Below, one piece after another: positions 59,551 through 64,000 of a stretch of DNA of 64,000 nt. Positions within the stretch are counted from its first letter, which is position 1; each line of letters starts with the position of its first letter. Under the pieces are notes generated by a model. It had not been told where the DNA came from. It ran no database searches and worked only from the letters and a program-made list of their open reading frames with translations. Location of the stretch: the sequence record DRR723986_3279. One strand, 5' to 3'. The position numbers and the translations under genes were made by a program.

Positions 59551-59626
59551 CCGCGCATTATAATTAAAAGCTTGATGAAGCGGTATGTTCGCCCGAATAT
59601 ACCGCTTTATTTATGGAGGTTGCGCC

Positions 59627-60052
59627 ATGGCTGAAATTCAGTTTGCAGACCGCACGGACCGCACAGCGGTTGAAACCGGGCTTGGTTTCGCGCCCAAATT
59701 TGACGCGCGCGGCCTGATACCGGTGTTCACCACCTGTGCAAACACCGGCAAAGCACTGATGCAGGCGTGGATGAACGCTGAAGCGATTGAAAAAACCATA
59801 GAAACCGGCGAAGCGCATTATTACAGCCGTTCGCGCCAAGAGCTTTGGCACAAAGGGGCCACATCGGGCGAATTTCAGCTGGTTAAACACTTTCGTGTAG
59901 ACTGTGACCAAGACAGCCTATGGCTGGTGGTAGAGCAAAAAGGCGGTAAGTGCTGCCATGTGGGGCATGAAACATGCTTTTTCCGGGAAATCCCTGTTGG
60001 CGTTGATGCGCTTGCCGACGGCTCACCTATACGCCTAATAAAAAACATATAG
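59627..60052 (+). CDS. hisI: Phosphoribosyl-AMP cyclohydrolase
   Basis: [37 protein letters not shown]. Confidence 0.96.
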   Translation: MAEIQFADRTDRTAVETGLGFAPKFDARGLIPVFTTCANTGKALMQAWMNAEAIEKTIETGEAHYYSRSRQELWHKGATSGEFQLVKHFRVDCDQDSLWLVVEQKGGKCCHVGHETCFFREIPVGVDALADGSPIRLIKNI

Positions 60053-60102
60053 GATTTTCTAACGTTTAATCACGGGTTGCACAGGTTACAACTTTACTTA
60101 AT

Positions 60103-60117
60103 GTTCACTATTTGTTC
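60103..60117 (+). promoter_or_regulatory. Alphaproteobacterial LexA (SOS) box
   Basis: GTTC-ACTATTT-GTTC (GTTC-N7-GTTC) about 35 bp upstream of the Y-family polymerase. Confidence 0.85.
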
Positions 60118-60152
60118 TCATGCTGCGTTTATGGTAATCGAGTCGCAGCACA

Positions 60153-61400
60153 ATGAGAAAACCAACCACGATTGAGCGCCTATACCTAGATTTTGACGGC
60201 TTCTTCGCAGGCGTCGAAGAACAGGCACGCCCGCGCCTGCGTGGCAAACCCATCGGCGTTACACCGTTTGAAGCAAACACAGGCACCTGTGTTATTGCCG
60301 CTAATCATATGGCAAAAACCAAAGGCGTTAAAACCGGCATGTCAGTCACGGAAGTACGCCGCGTCTGCCCAAGCATTGAACTGGTGCCGCAGTCCCCTGA
60401 TTTGTATGAGCGGGCGCACCGCAAATTATGCTTGCTGGTGGAACAGGAAATTCCCATTGATGTTGTTTGCAGCATTGACGAAATGTGCTGCCGATTAGAG
60501 CCAAAAGACATTGCTGACCCCCAAGCGCTATCAGACCGCATAAAGACCCGTATTAAGGCAAACATCGGCGACTATATTACCTGCTCTATTGGCATGGGCC
60601 CCAACTTACAGCTGGCAAAAATTGCAGCAGAAATGGACAAACCCAACGGGTTCACGGTGCTGCGCCCGAAAGACCTGCCCGGCCGCCTGCTTGGGCTGCA
60701 AATTAATGAACTGCCCGGCATTGGTAGTGGCATGAAAAGCCGTTTAATTGACGCAAAAATCACCACCGTTGAATCCTTGTGGAATACCCAGCCCAAACAT
60801 CTACGCGCCCTGTGGGGAAATGTTACCGGCGAACGGTTTTGGTATGCGCTGCATGGATATGAAATTCAGGCGGAACACACCCAGCGCGCCATGTTCGGAC
60901 ATGGTCGGGTGCTGCCACCCGATTGGCGCAATTTTGACAAGGCTTTTAATGCAGCACGCTTACTCGCCATAAAGGCTGCACGCCGTCTGCGCCGTGAGAG
61001 GTTCCTCGCCAGTACGTTTGGACTGTGGCTAAGATTAAAGGACGATCGCTGGTCTGGCGATATGCATATTGGTGCTGTAAACGATGATCAAGCTGCCATC
61101 CATGCCCTGACAACTCTGTGGCAAAAAGCACAAGCCGACCTGCCGTCTTCAGTAAGTATAAAGCGCTTTTATGTGGCGCTTTATCACTTACAGCCTGCCG
61201 GAACAGAGCAGTTTGACATGTTTACCAAAAATGATGCTCTGCGAAAAAAATGGGCGTCGGTGAGTAGTGCGATAGATGAAGTGAACCAACGCAACGCCAA
61301 AACACTGGTCAGCATGGGACCGTGGACACCACCACCCGGTGGGTATGCCGGCGGCAAAATTGCCTTTGGCCGCGTGCCGGATATGGAGGATTTCTGGTGA
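60153..61400 (+). CDS. Y-family DNA polymerase (UmuC/ImpB-like)
   Basis: Intact catalytic motifs YLDFDGFFAGVE and SIDE; SIGMGPN..LAKIA.EMDKPNG; LPGIG. Confidence 0.92.
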   Translation: MRKPTTIERLYLDFDGFFAGVEEQARPRLRGKPIGVTPFEANTGTCVIAANHMAKTKGVKTGMSVTEVRRVCPSIELVPQSPDLYERAHRKLCLLVEQEIPIDVVCSIDEMCCRLEPKDIADPQALSDRIKTRIKANIGDYITCSIGMGPNLQLAKIAAEMDKPNGFTVLRPKDLPGRLLGLQINELPGIGSGMKSRLIDAKITTVESLWNTQPKHLRALWGNVTGERFWYALHGYEIQAEHTQRAMFGHGRVLPPDWRNFDKAFNAARLLAIKAARRLRRERFLASTFGLWLRLKDDRWSGDMHIGAVNDDQAAIHALTTLWQKAQADLPSSVSIKRFYVALYHLQPAGTEQFDMFTKNDALRKKWASVSSAIDEVNQRNAKTLVSMGPWTPPPGGYAGGKIAFGRVPDMEDFW

Positions 61401-61642
61401 CTTTAGAATTACAACTGATCGATTACTCTGACGGCTATCGCTTTCGCCTGTCCTGCCAAAATTGCAACAATGGCTGGTATAAAGACCCAGCTGAATTGTT
61501 GCAGCACCCTATGCTTCATACGCGCATGTATCTGCATGAGGTTGAGCAAGCACTGCCATGCCGAGCCTGCCACAAACATGCCGTTAAAATAACCCCGATC
61601 ATTCTTAAACCGGCCCATCACTTTGTTGGCGGGTTAGGGTAA
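61397..61642 (+). CDS. Small putative zinc-ribbon protein (81 aa)
   Basis: GGAGG RBS; GTG start overlaps the polymerase stop (GTGA); CQNC...CRAC. Confidence 0.75.
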   Translation: MTLELQLIDYSDGYRFRLSCQNCNNGWYKDPAELLQHPMLHTRMYLHEVEQALPCRACHKHAVKITPIILKPAHHFVGGLG

Positions 61643-61866
61643 AGCCCCTATGACTGCATTATGGTGATTTGAAAGAAATGGCCAGCGCTCACAAAAATGT
61701 TACTCAATAACAATTTATCTCATGATGTGCTCGCTCTACCGCATGGCGCTGGTACGATCGGTCACCAGCGATAGTGTTGTAACTGTTACAACACTTGTGA
61801 CACGACAGTGACGAAACCCAACCCATCATTGGGTTGGAATTTACGATCCTCTTAATAAAGCACCTT

Positions 61867-61894
61867 CAGGCCACCTTGTGTGGCCTGTTTTTTT
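61867..61894 (+). terminator. Intrinsic terminator
   Basis: CAGGCCAC-CTTGT-GTGGCCTG-T7. Confidence 0.85.
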
Positions 61895-61974
61895 ACCTAT
61901 ATGAGCACTCAGGCGTGGCCAACACCGTTTGCATGCTCTAGTGTGGCGGCAAATAAGCAAGGCAAAAATTCACT

Positions 61975-62814
61975 ATGTTTCGCGTACAAAAATTCCTGAC
62001 AGCTTTTTTATGTTTCGGTTTGCTTTATGCAGGCTTGTCTGCCTCATCACAGGCACAGGGCATTCGCAAAGATCTGCCCCCCAACTTACGCCCCACGAAC
62101 AATGTCACCAGCTTCAACCGCCGCGTGGTTGGCAACCTAGAACACCCATGGCAGGCCATTGGTCGGGTCAATATTGGTGACACAGTGCATTGCAGCGGCA
62201 CACTGGTAGCGGCCAACGTGGTGTTAACAGCCGCGCACTGCCTATATTCTCGGCGCATGAAAAAAATGGTGGTACCAACAAGCGTGCATTTTCTTGCCGG
62301 CTATTCAAAAGGTGAATTTCGGGGCCACTCCAAGGTAAAGTCGTACAGAATCGGCGAAGGCTTTGACGGTAAAAAATGGAATGACCGGTCTAACGCTATG
62401 CATGACTGGGCATTATTGGTCATAAATGATGCCTTGGGCGACGAGCTAGGTTTTTTGTCGTTGCCGCCAGAATGGTTTGAAACCAACTTACGCCTGAACT
62501 CTCGGAAACAATCAGCCCCCGGTGTTGCTATTGATGAACTGGTCACCACCGCCGGATACCCACGCGACCGGAAACATATTTTGTCGTTAGAGGAAGACTG
62601 TAAAATTGTCACCACAGCCAACAACGGCAGAATTCTATTCACCAATTGTATCGCCATACCCGGCGATTCTGGCGGCCCTATTTTGCGTCAAAAAGACAAT
62701 CAATGGGCCATTGTCGGCATTCAAACTGCGGCTATTCGCGTGAACGATCAACTTTCCGGCGTTGGGCTTTCGGCATTGGCATTCCAGCCCTATCTGGAAA
62801 TTATGGCCGAGTAA
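61975..62814 (+). CDS. Trypsin-like (V8-type) serine protease, exported
   Basis: PWQAIGRV, CSGTL, LTAAHC, DWALL, GDSGGP. Confidence 0.92.
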   Translation: MFRVQKFLTAFLCFGLLYAGLSASSQAQGIRKDLPPNLRPTNNVTSFNRRVVGNLEHPWQAIGRVNIGDTVHCSGTLVAANVVLTAAHCLYSRRMKKMVVPTSVHFLAGYSKGEFRGHSKVKSYRIGEGFDGKKWNDRSNAMHDWALLVINDALGDELGFLSLPPEWFETNLRLNSRKQSAPGVAIDELVTTAGYPRDRKHILSLEEDCKIVTTANNGRILFTNCIAIPGDSGGPILRQKDNQWAIVGIQTAAIRVNDQLSGVGLSALAFQPYLEIMAE

Positions 62815-62874
62815 CCAGTAAAATTCGATTCGTTGCGAATAATTATAACACCGGCTAACAATATGACTAATAAG

Positions 62875-63483
62875 CTACCGCTCGGCGCCGGGAGTATATT
62901 TCAGAAAAACTTCTTTCGCAGCATCTTCCGAGACCTTATTTTTGGTTGCGACAAACCACAGGTCTCGGTACCTCCTATTTCTCATGCCATGATACTGTCC
63001 AAACTCTGCTTGCTCTAATCGTTTTGCCAACAACTGCAAACTGAACCCAGTTTTGTGAGCCATATAAACTTGGCCCCGCGCTATTGCACTACTGAGCCCA
63101 TACATAATATCTAGTGGAGAAATTGGTCCAGCAGGCGATTGATACAGAGGTTCGTCCAATTTTCCCTCTGCCATATAACGAGCAACTTCCTGAATGTCCG
63201 GACAAGTGATTACACAAAACCCATCGTCTTTCAGAACACGCTTGAACTCTTTCAACAAAATTGGCACCTCATGATAGAAAACATGTTCAATATTGTGTGA
63301 AGAATATAGGGCGTCCATGGAACCATCAGGTACACTGCTCATATCAAGCATGTCACCTATATAGTCAGGTTGACAATCCGGGCTTATGTCATAGCGAATT
63401 TCTTTCCAAGAGCCGTCCTGAAAGCCCTTAGGCATCCGCTCAATTGTGGCGGAACCACACCCGACATGAAGAACTTTTTTCAT
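62875..63483 (-). CDS. Class I SAM-dependent methyltransferase
   Basis: VLHVGCG, D.LYSSHNIEH, LKEFKRVLK.DG; AT-richer than the flanks. Confidence 0.88.
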   Translation of the reverse strand: MKKVLHVGCGSATIERMPKGFQDGSWKEIRYDISPDCQPDYIGDMLDMSSVPDGSMDALYSSHNIEHVFYHEVPILLKEFKRVLKDDGFCVITCPDIQEVARYMAEGKLDEPLYQSPAGPISPLDIMYGLSSAIARGQVYMAHKTGFSLQLLAKRLEQAEFGQYHGMRNRRYRDLWFVATKNKVSEDAAKEVFLKYTPGAER

Positions 63484-63683
63484 AAATACCTTACCCTAAT
63501 TAATGCTCGCATAGCTTTAAATATTTGAAATTGCCACAATTGCATAGGTGGTAACTCACCTCAGGGAAATTATCCACCGATTTGCGATACCATATATTAT
63601 TGGGTATTCAGACTCGCCGTACTTTGCTTTGCCCGCTATACTGCCCCTTATGTTGGACCATTGTAGGGTAGATCACCGAGACT

Positions 63684-64000
63684 ATGAGCACAGCAAAAAT
63701 TGAAATCGCGCAAATTCCTGTCTTGCAGGACAATTACCTCTTCCTGGTCCACGAACCTGTCTCGGGGGAAACCGCGATTATTGACCCTGCCCTTGAGGAA
63801 GAAACCGTTGAGGCCCTGAACGCTCGCGGCTGGAAGCCCACTTATATTTTCAACACCCACCATCATTGGGACCATGTGGGCGCAAATTTGGCGCTCAAAG
63901 AACGATTTGATTTAAAAGTTATTGGCCCCGCCGCAGACCGTGACCGTATTCCGGGCATCGACATAGCGGTCGGCGAAGACGATCAGGTGTTCCTCGGAGA
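63684..64000 (+). CDS. gloB: Hydroxyacylglutathione hydrolase (glyoxalase II), partial
   Basis: Manual translation: IPVLQDNYLFLVH...IIDP...IFNTHHHWDHVGAN...RIPGID; runs off the window. Confidence 0.93.
   Translation, partial: MSTAKIEIAQIPVLQDNYLFLVHEPVSGETAIIDPALEEETVEALNARGWKPTYIFNTHHHWDHVGANLALKERFDLKVIGPAADRDRIPGIDIAVGEDDQVFLG

Overview
Chromosomal window from an alphaproteobacterium. The evidence is a Caulobacter-type cpa/tad locus, CtrA-like boxes, a GTTC-N7-GTTC LexA box and hisN; a marine Kordiimonas-like host is a guess only. The main block is a Tad/Cpa (type IVc) pilus locus at about 10.0-23.8 kb: tadG, two tadE-like genes, a stand-alone RTX protein, the Flp pilin, cpaA-F, tadB and tadC. 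Around it lie mostly metabolic and envelope genes: arsH, an ECF sigma with a YciI partner, hisN, oxyR, an amidohydrolase pair, a POT transporter, an S9 peptidase, a TonB receptor/cytochrome c/PQQ-type dehydrogenase operon, selO, folE, hisI and gloB. I saw no rRNA, tRNA, CRISPR array or transposase. The leads most worth following are: (1) an AT-rich DUF2188 + NDT/TIR-like gene pair at the left edge, missed by the ORF track, a possible defence or toxin module; (2) a LexA-boxed Y-family polymerase translationally coupled to an 81-aa CxxC...CxxC protein, with no UmuD/ImuA nearby; (3) two tandem twin-arginine paralogs with conserved ends and variable cores; (4) two structured intergenic sRNA candidates at 24.0 and 61.8 kb; (5) a TonB receptor whose signal peptide is encoded inside the upstream cytochrome c gene; (6) Tad-locus oddities (Pho box, duplicated CpaF N-domain, embedded RTX protein). 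All family calls come from motif recognition by eye, not database searches.
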